Source of the DNA: Camelus ferus | Lineage: Eukaryota | Length of the DNA stretch: 64,000 nt | Direction: 5' to 3' | Assembly: GCF_009834535.1 (NCBI RefSeq) | Contig: NC_045696.1 | Coordinates: 11,596,001-11,660,000, forward strand | In this document: positions 39,691-53,766 of the stretch, in pieces | How positions within the stretch are numbered: position 1 is the first letter of the stretch | Layout: each line of letters starts with the position of its first letter | The notes under the pieces: model-generated | Databases searched by the model: none | What the model saw: the letters and a program-made list of their open reading frames with translations, nothing else | What the model was told of the DNA's origin: nothing | Position numbers and translations under genes: made by a program

Positions 39691-40482
39691 TAGTACCATT
39701 CATTGACAAGTCTTTCCTTCAGGTCAAAAAATGGAAACAGTCCTCTATATCTGTTTGTACTTTGCAGTGTACAAAAGAGTTCTCTAAGCACTGTCACCTG
39801 CGACCCTCACAATGTCCAGGTGAGATGCGGACAGAGATGTCATCTTTGTTCCCAGCTTTAAGGGTGAGGAATCTGAGAGTCATGGCATTTTTAGATTTCC
39901 CTAAAGAAAAACAGCTGGTAAGCGTGATGGAGGAATAGCCCCAGGTTTTTCTTAATCTTAATCTTAATGGACGCCACGTAGCCTCAATTAAAACACAACA
40001 TAACTCATTGCTACCAATCACTGACACTGGCCAGGCCACTGTCCCTCTGAACAAGTTAAGTTGGAGCCTCAGGAGCAAACTGGGGTGAAGACAGGGGACA
40101 CTACATGGTGAATAAGACAGAAGGAAGACAGAGAGCCCTGAGGACAAATGTTCTCGGTGCTGTGTTAAGTAAGCTGAGATGCTGTTTGACAGAGGAGGCT
40201 GGCCGGTGCTCAAGTGTGCACCAGGTGCTCCTCCAAGCACCTGTCTATGTCAGCTTATTTCATCCTTAGAACAATTCTCATGAGGTTGGCACTATGAATA
40301 TTAGTCCCATTTTACAGGTGACAAAGCTGAGTAACGCACCCCCACTTACAGATTTAGAAAAGATAGTGTCAGGATTTGAACCCAGGAAACCTAGCTCCAG
40401 AGTCTTTGCTCAAAGTCACTACATTATAGTATCTTGAAGGCAAAACCCTGGTTCCGGGGGTGAGACCAGAAACCAACATGCT

Positions 40483-40503
40483 GTGTGTGTGTGTGTGGGG
40501 GGG

Positions 40504-40538
<35 letters not shown>

Positions 40539-40620
40539 TCCTTAATGGAGGCACTGACGATAACCCAGGACCTCGTGCACACCAAGCATGCACTCCACCA
40601 CTGAGCTATACCCACCATCC
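40483..40620 (-). mobile_element. Degenerate vic-1-like SINE with (TG)n tail
   Basis: 'cccaggacctcgtgcacaccaagcatgcactccaccactgagctatacc'; (TG)n at 40483-40536. Confidence 0.8.
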
Positions 40621-43074
40621 CCCAGACTGTCATGTGCATGTTTTAGATATAAAAACAGTATCATCAAAGAACCAATTTGCTCAATTTTTCTGATATTACT
40701 GAGGCCAGAAACAGGGGGAAAGTTCTAACGCACACACAATCTACTTAGAAACATCCGTTTTTATTATCTGCTTTGCTGCCTCCTAAAATTAGACTTAGCA
40801 CACAGAAAGGAAGCTGTTCCCCTCAGCTTGTTCCCTTCAGTCTATAGACATGTACACTGAGTCTTACTCAGTAAGAGCCATGAAAGAAAATAAGAAAAAA
40901 AGTTATGATTGCTCTGTTAGCACCCTAGATAGGGACTATAAAGTGTTATTTAAAGAATGATCCATGTAATTATAATTCATTGCTCAAAACTTATTTTATC
41001 TGCAACTATATTCGTTTCTTATGTCAGAGGTCCTTGACTTCTTTCCCATACCCCTAATCTGCTTCTAGACCTTGGTGCATCTCCCAGAGAGAGCCTGATA
41101 ACACTTCGGTTTTGTTCCCTTAGCACTTACATTTATAAGCGTAGATTTAGATAATCTCAACTTTGTATTCATGTAGACCTGCTGGAGATTATCCAAACAG
41201 AATTACTTTTTTTTTGCACAACCTGCGCCTTCACCCTGGAAGAATTTCCTCAAACCCTTTAAGACCCAGTTCACCTCTTCCAGGAGGTCCTCCTTGATGA
41301 CACCATCACATGGGCTCCAAGAAACCCATACAACTCACCCATGACAGTAGCTCCCTTAGCACGTCCCACATTACAATTTTTTTCCTAAACTTCTCAAACT
41401 CTCACTTGAAATTGCAAACTCCATGAAGGCAGGGACTCTGCCCTATTCAGATCTGTGTCTCTACTGTGTTTGGATTAAGGAATACATTAGTATTTCAAGA
41501 TCAATGCTTTCAAGAATATTAAATATATATTATAGTATTTTTAATAGACTTTAAATTTTATATTTTCATAAATATTAAGCATCACATAGAGACACCTAAG
41601 AAACAATTTATTTCTAGTGAGAGCATTATAAATAATGTTTATAAGGAAATAATAAAACAATGGTCCTTTGTCATTAGCAATATATTTGGAGACTTCCTTA
41701 GGAATTTCGTATAAAAAGCCCATGAACTATCTTAATAAATCAGAAGGTAGACAGGGATTGGGAAAGCTACTGCCCTTTAGATAATAATATTTCCTTATCA
41801 AAGTAATAGAGAAAAATATCCAAGGAAGTAAAAGAAAAAGAAAAATCTTTGTATTTATACTTTGTGTAGGGGGAGGGAAAAGAAAGAGGGAGTTATGATT
41901 CTGATAAATGAATGGAGGGAAGATCGGGTATTAAATTTTACCCAGGCTGGGATGGCAATAATGTCACTTTGCAAAAAGAAGTCAATGGAAATGTCATAGA
42001 TAATAAGTACAAAATCTGTCAATCTGAACAGTAACATACATTAAAGATTAATGATGCAATGTCATTGCATTATAGAGTGACAGGAATTATGTCTAGGGGA
42101 GACAGATTCTTAGAGTGGCAGGTATTACAGAAGAATACTGGGATAATTTTAAGACAATTTAAAGACAAATTGACGAAAATGATCTGTGAAAAGCAATTCC
42201 ACTGAAGGAACTAGATGTGAGATAACTCTCATGCAGCCACTAAGTCATAGATCATTTTAAAACATAAAACATCAGGACATTAAAAAATGATATAGCCACA
42301 CGTCAGGCACTTAAGCTCGGTCTGTTTATGCAGGAGACACGTGTCATGTACCCTAAACTATTTTTCCAGGGGTGAAATGGATCAAGGAAAGCATTTGTCA
42401 TTGTTTTTGGCTGAGTATCCTCTGAATCTCCCTCTTATGGTTGGGGTAAGAATCTGGATTTATTTCCCCAGATTATAAATCCTCGTGGAAAGCAGACTCT
42501 ATCCAAATTCTTCTCCTTGAATCTCTTACAAGCACAGATGTAGAAGACGAATATCCAAGAGTAAGAGGGTGACAGGCAATCATGAAAGAGTGGAAAGCTA
42601 GCTGTTATAACTGGGGATCAAACTTGGGAACTGCTCTGGTCCAGGAAGTGTCAGTGAGATGGGGGGGTGGGGACAGCATAAGACGTAGGCCCCTACTCTG
42701 CTTTGATCTGATCTCAGGGGGAGATGAATCACTCCTTTGATCTCAAAGGAGTGCCTTAGATCATAAGACATGTTTGAGGAGGGAAATGAGCCTCCTCAAA
42801 CACAGAAGAGCCAAATCCACAACTTCTTGGCAGGCGTAGGCTAGGCAATGACAATCTGCACTTGATGTAATAATAACAGAATAAGAATAACAATAATAAT
42901 CGCCCCTTATCTGTGATATAGGAAAGGTAGAAGAACAGTTTTATAGGAATCATTTATATTTGTAATCCAATAGAAGTAAGAGGGAAATATTTAACTTTTT
43001 TGAAATTTTTGAATTTAAAAATTTGAGATTTCCTCTCTCTTAAAGACCTTAAAACTTAAAAAGATGTATCTAAA

Positions 43075-43273
43075 ATAAGTCAGCAAGCATTTTGTGTTAA
43101 GAGTCAGGTTTTGCAGGCCATATATTCTCCGCTATAATGACACAACCCTGCCGTTGTAGCATGAAAGCAGTCATAGGTGATATGCAAATGAAGGGGCGTG
43201 ACTGTGTTCCAATAAAACTTTAATTCTAAAAACAGGCGGTGGGCCACATTTGGCCCGCAGTATGCCCACCCCA
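43075..43273. mobile_element. MER58A-like hAT-Charlie
   Basis: 'gtgactgtgttccaataaaacttta...caggcggtgggccacatttggccc'. Confidence 0.75.
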
Positions 43274-43925
43274 GTCTAGAACACTGCACAAAAAGTAACA
43301 AAGAATGCTCTTTCACTTAAAACATTCTTTCACGCATAGTAGGTGAAGACAAGCCAGATCAAAATGACACTGGTATTTGAGGAGAAATACTTGAAAGTGA
43401 GAATTAACGGTGGGGATGATGGGAGTAACGAGGGAAGAAAAAAGCTGGTTTATTGATTATTTAACAAATGCCTACATAATGCTTACTAAAGTTTCAGGCT
43501 CTGGTCCAAATACTTCATAAATTTTAGCTCATTTAATTCCCAGAACAACCCTATCACAGACCACCATTATTATCCCCATCTTACAGGTAAGAAAACTAAG
43601 ATGCGAAAAAGCTGTCACCTGCCCAACATCAAAAAGGTAGTAATCATGGAAGACAAGAAAATCAAATTAGGAGAGACTCTCATAGAAATGTTATCAGAAG
43701 ACCGAATTACAATTCTCCTTCCACAACTAACTATATAGACAACACAACTAGCTGGTACACACTCCTCTCTAAGAACCTTGGAAAGTTGTCATCACAGTAC
43801 TGCCCTCCCTCTTGACTGCACAGAATCCCTGCATCTATCAAATGTGATTATGCATTTGAAAGCGGTTCATTACTTCTGTCTGCTCCCACAAAATGTTAGC
43901 TAATATCAGTACTCAGTTATCTAAC

Positions 43926-43971
<46 letters not shown>

Positions 43972-44679
43972 TTACACACAATACCAATTATGAAGCACTG
44001 GGAGATACACCCCAATGGACTTGTTATTTTTTCAAATATGAAAAAGAACAATCAAAATAAGAAATGCAGGATTGATACTAGAACTAAAATTCATGATCAG
44101 TGTGACCACCTCATCCTTGTGGAATTCAGATAAACAAAACCTGCCACTACACTGCCCTCAGCTCCATAATGATTTTCACATATATGAATTAATTTGATAC
44201 TAACAACAATTGTTTTGCAGGCTAGAAATCTAAGATTCAGAGAATCAAATTCATCTGCCTAAGGTTATATTAAAAACCAGTTCCCTGGACTATTTCCGAG
44301 GCTTTACAATAATAAAGAAGCTCAATGTGAGGGAAATGGTGCAGTGAGGCCTAAGTAGGTTTATTATTTTACTTGTATAAGTCTTTCCTAAATGCTTAAT
44401 AGTGTCTCATTTATTTCTATTACTTAGAATTGAATTATCAATATACTTAAAATGTTTGGCAACTAAAGTGTATCTCTTATTATAAAACTATACATTTCAG
44501 TCATTCTTTAACTTAATCAATATTTATTTCCTTTCACGACAATACTCACATTTGTTACAGTGCCGTCTTAGTCCAGATTCCAGTCACTCCCATCCTGCAG
44601 GACAGTAGTAATTATTATAAAGGAATAACAGTTCTGGGGGATGCCATTAGGAGCTATAAACACAGAAGATCCTATATTG

Positions 44680-45160
44680 AGTCAGTTAGGATATTTTCAA
44701 TCACCAATAACAGAAAACCCAATTTAAATTGGCTTCAACAATAAGGAAATGTATTGGCTTTCCTAATTCCAAGCCCAGAAGTAGAGCAGGCTTCAGGGTT
44801 GGTTTAATCCAGCAGATCTAGCTCCGCTTTTCTAGGAGTCTCCTGGTTCTGCTCACCATCTAATGGCAACTTCATTCTCAAGCTGGTATCAAGATGGTTG
44901 CAGGCATCACGTACAGAAGATGCTACTTTCTTTCTGTCATTCTCTGGAACATGAGAAATTTCCCCCAGAATCTCCCCGAGACATCCTCTTGCATCTCATT
45001 AGACTAAAATGTGTCAGATACCTATTCCTGAACGAACCTTTGAGGTCAGAGGAACATCCTGTGGAGCTGGCTTAGGTCTGCATTTCTGAACAAATCACTA
45101 ACAAGGGCGATGACATTATTAAACTTGTCCTGGATAAAGCATGGGCTAGCCTTGGAGTTG
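44680..45160 (-). mobile_element. MaLR LTR remnant (MLT1K-like)
   Basis: 'aataacagaaaacccaatttaaattggcttcaacaataaggaaatgtattggct...caagatggttgcag'. Confidence 0.6.
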
Positions 45161-45529
45161 AGATTAATCTAAACTTCATAGTTGTTTGACAGTAGAGGGG
45201 TGAAGTAGATCAGGGAAAGCATCTGTCATTGTTTTTGGCTGAGTAGCCTCTGAACCTCCTTCATATGCTTAGGATAAGAATCTGGATTTATTTCCCCAGA
45301 TCGTAAGTCCTGGTAGAAGGCAGACTCTAATCCCCATGATTGAAACTGAAAGATAGATTTACCCCTCCCCAGGTGCTTTTGTAGCTAGGTGTGGGCCAGT
45401 GGCTGAAACTTGGTCAACTGGACACCTCCCCTGCCTTACGTCACCCCCAGGGAGTGAACCAGGAGCAACTGACCCAAGGAAGCAGAGTCAGGGTAGAATC
45501 GGAACGGTCTGCCTGGCAGGGATCTCTCA

Positions 45530-47120
45530 CCACGGCGAATTGACCATGAAATTTCCAGGACCAAACTCATAAAAAGCCCACTAAAGTGTCTGATAACCAG
45601 AGTCACAGTATGAAACGTTTCAACAGAGAGTGTCAAACCCTAGACTTGAATTCGTTCACAGACCCAGAGCCTCTTGAATGAAGGAAAGGCCAGGAACTCC
45701 TGATGGAGAACAAACACAGTAAGATCACAAACACGTATTGAAAATCCTCATCCTTATCGTCCTCTAAAACAGTTACCATCATTAATCAGGATAAGTGTAT
45801 ACTAGAGAAGGGGACATACCTAGATCTTCAGAGGATTATTGGAAACTGGGTCCATTACTAATGCTAATTCCTCTGGAACCAGAATGCCACCATTGTCTAC
45901 CAGTCAGAGAGATTTATGGGGAGTAAGGTAATAAATTGAATTTTGAATTGTTTGTCTAGGCTCAAAGAGCCCCCAAATCTGTGTTTATTTCCTTAGCTTA
46001 CAAAGGTATGAAATGAATCAACACATACAACAAACAGCAAATCTCAACGTTGGCTCTCTAGTCCATGAAGTAAGGGCCATTATGATAGGAATGGCCAAGT
46101 GCAAACTCATGGAGTTTATACATAAAACAGCACACCACAACCGATAACACAACCCTAGGAGAATTTCGGAGATTAAAAGGCCTCAAAGACCCACAGGTGA
46201 TGATTGCTACCACATTCCCATTTAACTCTCTGGTTTGGCCAGTAAAGAAAACCAGATGGGTCTTGGGGAATGACAACAGATTATTATAATCTTAATCAGT
46301 TACATCTGCTGTTCCTACAGCCTTTATGTTACAAAAGCAAATATACAAACACCCAGGTATTTGGTATGCATCTGTGGACTTGCCAAAAGCATGTTTTCTC
46401 TATCCCAACAGAGAACACCAGAAGCAAGTGTTTGTTTGTCTGTTTTACCTGGCAAGGACAACAGTACACCTTTATCGTCTTACCTCTTCGTATTATGTTA
46501 CTTCTCTGATCCTGTGCCACAGTTTGGTGTGCAGGAACCCCAATCGTCCAAAGGAAACCAAGTTGACAGAATCCAGGGAGCTGAAGTAGCAGACACCCAG
46601 GATGACTAGGTTAGACAACTCGCATCGAAGGATGGAAGACAAGTCTCACAAAACTACATCAGATTTGGGGCGGTGGGTTTGGGGCAGAGGTGGGGGAAAG
46701 GGCTCCGATAATGGAGAGCATGTTGGGCTCTCTTTCCAAAATGACAAGTAAGTTGTTATACCTTGCAAGCTCTATGACTAGGAATCATACAGTCATATAG
46801 TGGGCCTATACAGGGCTTCAGACTTGATTAATACACCAGTTGTGCCATCTGACTCCATGGGTGACACAACTGGCTCTCAGCTTTAGAATGAGAAGGTCCA
46901 GAGCAGGTCCAGGCTGTAGTGCCAGCAACTGCCCCTTAGCAACTGGGATCCAGCTGATCCAGTGAGGCCTAGCATGTCTCTGGCCAATTGGGATGCAACA
47001 GAGTCTGTGGTGGGCCCTGATAGGAGAACCAAATGGATGACCCTGTGGTTCCAGGAAAAGTCAAGACCTCTCAGCAAATAACAAACCTTTAGAGAACCAG
47101 CTCTTGGGTTGCTATGCCAC
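45530..47120 (+). mobile_element. Decayed ERVL internal region (protease/reverse transcriptase remnant)
   Basis: Frameshifted RT motifs: PFNSLVWPVKK near 46218, and PGIWYASVDLPKACF / FTWQGQQYTFIVLP in ORFs 46326..46589 and 46270..46509. Confidence 0.85.
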
Positions 47121-47129
47121 AAGGCAGCA

Positions 47130-47355
47130 TCACGGAGTGATCAGGAGCTCTGGCTGCCTGCATTTGAATCTCATCTCTGCCACTTACTAGCTATGAGGCT
47201 GTGGATCATAGCTTCTTTTCCCTTTGTCTCAGTCCCCCACCCATGAAGCTGGCTTAACAGTCAAGACCTGATGGGAGGATGAAATGTGCTCACGCATGAG
47301 AAGTACCTGGCGTGGTGTCTGGCACACATGAGAGCTCCATAAATATTAGTTATTG
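47130..47355 (+). mobile_element. MIR
   Basis: 'tttgaatctcatctctgccacttactagctatg...gtgtctggcacaca...ataaatattagttatt'. Confidence 0.75.
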
Positions 47356-48264
47356 TATTCACTACATTGAACAAGCATGGGTCACGCCACGAACAAAATC
47401 TTCATTCTAGTTCCCCTCACCACCTTCAAGCTCTGTTCAGTGGAAGTAATCTCCTCATGAGCCTGGATGAAACTCTAGCAGATCCCACAGCTTTTCTACT
47501 AGTTTCCAGGTCATAAATGAGTCACACTAAGTCACAGTTTCAATTTATTAGAGTGTCAGAAAACTCAACCTGACAGTGTTAAATCTTTGCCCTTCCCCGA
47601 CTTCTTGACTAGAAGCTTCTACTCCTCCTCTCCTTCGTCCACGTCCTCTCTAGCTTGCCAGGTGTTGGTGTGGGGCCACCAGGCTGAAGCAGGAGTGGGG
47701 AAAGAGGAGAAGAAGGGTCTAGACCAGTTCTAATTTGGCTGATGGCTTCATGCTGAGTGTCAGAGCCGACAGATGGTGAGTGCTGGCTCTCGCTCATGGG
47801 TGCTCTGGTGGGCTCTTTAGAGGTTCCTTCCAGGATCCTTTTCTCCCTCTCTTCCTTTGACCACAGAGATGTACCTATTCTGTCTGGTCTCTTGCAATTC
47901 CCTCTTTCATCCCTGGGCATGCAATTCCTGGTCAACCCCAGCCTCTTTCTGCTGAGGTCCCCAGGTGTCTTATCCAATAAGACCCAAAACAAACTGCATC
48001 ACTGCTTTCTGTCTCCCACTCAATCCTCAGTCACTTCCCCTACCCACCCTGGATCCAGGTGTCATGGCACTCGTTCTCCCACTAGAAAAGGTATTCAGTC
48101 CTTTGCTCACCCTTGGGATTTTGTGGGAGTCAGACCTCAGCCTTTGGGCTACCTTAGTTGCCTTAGACATAGTTTATATCTGTCTCCTGCCTCCACAGAA
48201 CACATTTCAAAACTCTTCCAGTGATCCCTGAGGATCATGATATTCATGAGGCATGAGGTTAGAA

Positions 48265-48492
48265 TAAGGGTCAGCCAACTTTTTCTGAAGAGAGCCAGGT
48301 AGTGTATTTTAGGGTTTGTGGGCTCTAGGTCTCTGTGGTAACCACTCAACTCTGCATTATAGCTTGAAACACAATATATAGACAATATAGACAATATGTA
48401 AACCAATCAGCATGGCTGTGTCTCAATAAAACTTTATTTATGAAGAGGTGGTGACCAGATTTGGCCTGCAGGCAGAAAGTCTGCCAACCCCG
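48265..48492. mobile_element. MER58A-like hAT-Charlie
   Basis: Termini 'agggtcagccaact' ... 'agtctgccaacccc'; internal 'ggctgtgtctcaataaaactttattta'. Confidence 0.8.
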
Positions 48493-48626
48493 GGGTCAGA
48501 GGTAACATTTCCTCCACCTCTCATTTCATGTCCCAAATAGGTGGGGTGGCAGCTGAAGAAAGACAGCCACTTTCTTATTACCAATCTCCTTACACCGATT
48601 CCCATCTCTTTGTACCCTGACCACTT

Positions 48627-49374
48627 TTTTTTTTTAATTGAAGTATAGTCAGTTTACTATGTTGTGTCAATTTCTGGTGTACAGCACAATGTTTCAGTCA
48701 TACATATATATACATGTATTCGTTTCCATATTCTTTCCCATTATATGTTACTACAAGATATTGAATATAGTTCCCCATGCTATACTGAAGCAACTAGTTG
48801 TTTATCTATTTTATATATAGTAGTCAGTATCTGCAAATCTCAAACTCCCAATTTATCCCTTCCCATCCCCTTTCCCCTTCTGGTAACCATAAGTTTGTTT
48901 TCTAGGTCTGTGAGTCTGTTTCTGTTTAGTAAATAAGTACATTTGTCTTTTTCGTTTGTTTGTTTCAAAGATTCCACATATAAGTGACATCATGTGGTAT
49001 TTTCCTTTCTCTTTCTGGCTTACTTCACTTAGAATGACAATCTCCAGTTTCATCCATGTTGCTGCAAATGGTATTATTTTATTCTCTTTTATGCCTGAGT
49101 AGTATTCCATTGTATAAATATACCACAATTTCTTTACCCAGTCATCTGTCGGTGGACATTTAGGTTGTTTCCATGTCTTGGTTATTGTAAATAGTGCTGC
49201 TATGAACATTGGGGTGCATGTATCTTTTCGAATTAAAGTTCCCTCTGGATATATGCCCAGGAGAGGGATTGCTGGATCACAGGGTAAGTCTATTTTTAGT
49301 TTTTTGAGGAATCGCCATACTGTTTTCCATAATAGCTGCACTAAAATACATTCCCACCAACAGTGTAGGAGAGT
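48627..49374 (-). mobile_element. Relatively young 5'-truncated L1 (open ORF2 C-terminus)
   Basis: ORF 48853..49386 reads LLHCWWEC...[11 protein letters not shown]...WKQPKCP...PFAATWM, the L1 ORF2p C-terminus; poly-T tail; 14-bp TSD taccctgaccactt (48613-48626) / tacccttaccactt (49375-49388). Confidence 0.95.
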
Positions 49375-49833
49375 TACCCTTACCACTTGTATTATCTCAA
49401 AGTGGGGATGAGTTGTGCAACACTTTCTCAGACATTTCCCTTGAAAATGCGAATTGGCCTCACAATCAGTTTTGTAGCTGATGACAAACTGGCACCTTCA
49501 CTGAAAATGAGGCAGGAAATGTTTCAAACGCGTTGAGCTAGAGATGGCTGCGGGCTCCAGCTGGCCCATCCAGTAGAGACATGAAGGCTGTGCCTTTAAA
49601 GTCACAGGATGAACTGGCTCTAGTTCCTTTCTCAAAAAAAGACATAGCCATCGCCCTCCATTTTATCAGAGGCTGTCTTGCTTTCTTAAGCAAAGAAGTG
49701 GCTCACGCCTTCAATTTCCTTGTCACCTGGGCTCTGACCACACAGCAGCCTTATTGTGACTTGCTGTAAAACAGATGCTACTGGAGGGGCCCAGAACTAG
49801 TTTCCTTTAGAATGAACGGGCTGGAGTGGAAGT

Positions 49834-49930
49834 GGGGGTGGGGGGTATAGCTCAGTGGTGGAGTGCATGATTAGCATGCATGAAGTCCTGGGTTCAATCT
49901 CCAGTATCTCCATTAAAAAAATTAAAATGA
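49834..49930 (+). mobile_element. tRNA-derived SINE (vic-1-like), short tail
   Basis: 'ggtatagctcagtggtggagtgcatgattagcatgcatgaagtcctgggttcaatc'. Confidence 0.88.
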
Positions 49931-50989
49931 AATGAATGGCCCTGACACACCTCCCCTTTGCCTTGATGAGTTCTTGTGTCTGCTTTCTACAGATTTTTCT
50001 CTTTCCTAACTGCCAGCCTCTCAGCAGCCACTTCTTGTTGCCCCAGTTAGCCTAGCTCCAGCAGCCTCCTTCCCTATTTTGCTACCTTTAATGTGTTTGG
50101 ACTTAAAAATCAAAGATTCAAGCTGTTAGATTTGGTGGATAACTGTACTAGGAGTGAGGGCTGAGTAACTGTCTGGTTGGTGGCATGTACCTTTTTAATA
50201 TGTGGACAATAAGACATCTATTTTGGCTGTTTACTGATTTGTTTTTATTTGTTCGTTTAGAGGGAACATCTACTGTGGTTGCTTACAGACATTTATTTAA
50301 TCATTCACTCATCCTTCACTTATTTGTCTTTTGCTTGAATACAGATACTCAGCCATGCTGCTGCTATTTTGCCTCAAAAGATGACTTTTTAAAAATCTTC
50401 TAATTGATTTATGTATTCACAAATGTACAGAATTTGATGTAAATGCATACATGTGATCCATGTATTTTTAGGGCACTTTTTTTTCTTGCCTCCTCTCCTG
50501 CCTTCATCCACATTAGGGCCCCTTACCCTACTGTGATGTAGCATGTACCAGCAACTGGGTATATATCCTTCCATATTTTCTGAATGTGTATACAATCATA
50601 CAACATACACTCACACAGGGGGTGTGTTTTGTTTGGACAACAGTTAATCTTTGTTGTCCACTCAGCAGCCACAGTTTAGCTCCCTCCTCCCCCTTCTATC
50701 TTGCTAATAGAATTTATTTGTTTAAATAGTAGGCAAACATCTCTTAATATGAAGAAAGTCACCCACATTCTAGCCCTAGTGAATGAAGCTCGATTGGTTT
50801 TAAATAGGGAATCTCATTCTTTTTTTCATTTGTTTAGGGATGAACATATGGCTCAGTTCTGGTAAATAAGAGCTAAGAAGAACTGTGTGGATAAGTTCCT
50901 TTCTTCACAAAGGAAATGTAGTGTGAGTGCTGGATTTCGCAGTGGGTTCACTTCAGATTTGTGGTCATGAATATTAACTGAGAATCAAA

Positions 50990-53766
50990 CATTTCAATCA
51001 AAATACCAGTAGAGCTTACTCCTTCTCCAAATTGATGAGCTTTAGCTAAAATATATATGGAAATGCAGAAGAACTAGAGTACCAAGATAACCCTGAAGAA
51101 CAACAAAGTTAAAGGACTTACATTTATTTCAACCATAAACTATAGTAATCAAGATACAATGGTATTAGCAACCAAAGGAACAAAATAATAAGTTAGCTCA
51201 TAAATACATATGCAGCCATTTATTCACAAAGATGTCAATGCAATTCAGTGAGGGGAAGAAGGCTATTCAATAAATGAGGATGGAACAACATTTTAAAAAA
51301 TGAAACTTGAACCCTATCTCACATATACACAAAAGTTAACATGAGATGGACCAGAGACCTAATATGAACATTAAAACCATAGAGCTTATAGAAGAAATCA
51401 TAGCAGATATCTTCATGACCTTAGACATGCAAAGATTTCTTAGCCAGAGTACAAAAAGGATTTAAATATGAAAGGAAGAATTAATAAATTTTACTCCATA
51501 AAAATTAAAAGCTTCTAGAAACTTCTGCTTCTAGTGATGAAGTAGTAACAAAGGTTCAGAATTACCCTTCTACCATAACATAAATTTTGAAAACTGGAAA
51601 ATATATAGGAAACAACAATTTTCAGACAATGGACAAAAGGCAAATTACTGACAGAGGAACAAATACAAGAATTATTGAAGACTTCTTATGAGGAACTATG
51701 CACACCAGAAAACAATGGGAGAACATGTATAAAGTGCTGGGGGTTGGGGAACCCTGAAATGTAGTATTTTATACCTACTGAAAAATATCTTTCAAAACTA
51801 AAGATGAAGTATAGAATTTTTTCAGATAAACAAAAGCAGAGAGATTTCAGTGACAGCAGACATGCACTAAAAAAATTATTAAAGGAACTTCTGCAGGGAG
51901 AAAGAAATTGACACCAGATGGAAACTTGGATCTATACAAAGGAATGAAGAGCACTGGAAATGTTAAATATGTGGGAAATATAAAAAGCATTATCTTGGTT
52001 TTTAAAGTCTTTGAAAGAAAAATGACTGCCTAAAGCAAAAACAATACTAATGTATTGTGGACATATGTAGAAGTAAAATATGGGACAGCAATATTGGAGG
52101 ATTGGAGAGGATGCAAGTTAAAAGTAAAAGGATGAAAAAATATATCATGAAAATACTAATCATAAGAAAGCTAGAGTGGCTGTATCAGTAACTGACAAAA
52201 TAGATTTCAGTCTCAACAAATTTAAAAGGATTGAAATCAAACAAAGTATAATCTCTGCCTACAGTGTAATTAAATTCTAAATCAATACCAGAAAGATACT
52301 TGAGAAATTCCCAAATATTTGGAATTTAAACAGTGCATTTCTAAATAACTCATGGATAAAAAAGAAACCACAAGAGAAATTACAAAATACTTTGAACTAA
52401 GTGGAAATGGAGACACAACACAACAAAATTTTGAGAGGGACAAGGGGAGGGTATAGCTCAGTGGCAGAGAGCATGACCAGCATGCATGAGGTCATGGGTT
52501 CAATCCCTGGTACCTTCAGCAGAAGTAATAAACAAATAGATAAATCAAATTACCTCCGCCTCAAAAAAAATTAAAATTAAGTTAAAAAAATTTTTTTTAA
52601 TTTTGAGAGGGAAATTTAAAGTTTTATACCACAAAAGAAAACGTCTCAAATCAATGATCTAAGCTCCTACTTTAAAAAATCAGAAAAGGAAGCGCAAATT
52701 AAATACAAAGCAAGCAGAATAAAGAGATTAATAAAGATAGGAGTGAAAAATCAATGAACTAGAAAGTACACAAACAATAAAGCTAATCAATGAAACCAAA
52801 ACCTGTTTCTTTGAAAAGATCAACAAAATAGATAAATCTCTAACTACACTGAACAAGAAAATTCTAAGAACATTCAAATTACCAACATCAGGATTGAAAG
52901 AAGAGATATCACAGATATTAAAAGGATAATGAGAGAAAATCATGAAAAACTTTATGCCAATAAATCATCAACCTTTAAATAAAATTGAATTAGTAACTAA
53001 AAAAACCTCCCCAAAAGAAAACTTTAGACCCAGATGGTTACACGGGTGAATTCTAACAAAATCTTAAGGAAGAAATAATATCAGTTCTATACAAACTCAG
53101 AAAACAGAGAAGGAAGGAAACACTTCTCAGATCATTTGATGAGGAAAGAGTACTCAGACACCAAAACCATTACAAGAAAAAAAAAAAAAAAACTACAAAC
53201 CAATATCACTTATAAACATAGAAGGAAGTGGTCTTGACAGAATATTTGCAAATTGAATCCAGCAATGCATAAAAAGAGTAACACCCCATGTCCTGTGGGG
53301 TGTATTCAGGAATGCCAGATTGGTTTAACATTCAAAAACCAATCAATGTAATTTAATTTATCCACTAAAACAGAATAAAATAGAAAAACCATATGAGCCT
53401 CTCAATAGACACAGACACAGCATCTGACAAAATACGACACCTACCCATGATTTAAAAGAATTTTTTTTTTAAACTCTCACGAAATTAATAGAAAGGAACT
53501 TCAACCTGTTACAGGGCGTCTATGAAAAATCTACAGCTAACGATGTAAGTCATGGTGAAAGAATGTTTACCCCTGGGGTAGGACACAGGATAAAGATGTC
53601 CACCTTTCGCTTGTTTTATTTAACATTGCGCTGGAGGGCTAGTCAGTGCAGACAGGAAAAGTAAGTAAAAGACATACACAGTGGCTGGAAAAAATAAAAC
53701 TTCCTTCTCACAAGACATGATCACGTATAAAGGGCCAATATGCATACGAAAAAATGCTCAACATCA
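50990..53766 (+). mobile_element. Composite old L1 block (ORF2 fragment interrupted by a second, deleted L1)
   Basis: Late-ORF2 sequence at 50990-51510, then 5'UTR/ORF1-like and early-to-mid ORF2 sequence at 51520-53730, then 'aaaaaatgctcaacatca'. Confidence 0.8.
52444..52598 (+). mobile_element. tRNA-derived SINE (vic-1-like) nested in L1
   Basis: A/B boxes; TSD aattttgagaggga on both sides. Confidence 0.9.

Noticed and set aside
46270..46609. RT-like ORFs as an active or domesticated reverse transcriptase
   Set aside because: Motifs are split across frames with stops and deletions; a fossil only.
48853..49386. 177-aa ORF as a gene
   Set aside because: C-terminal fragment of a 5'-truncated L1 ORF2; the ORF start falls in the TSD and there is no promoter.
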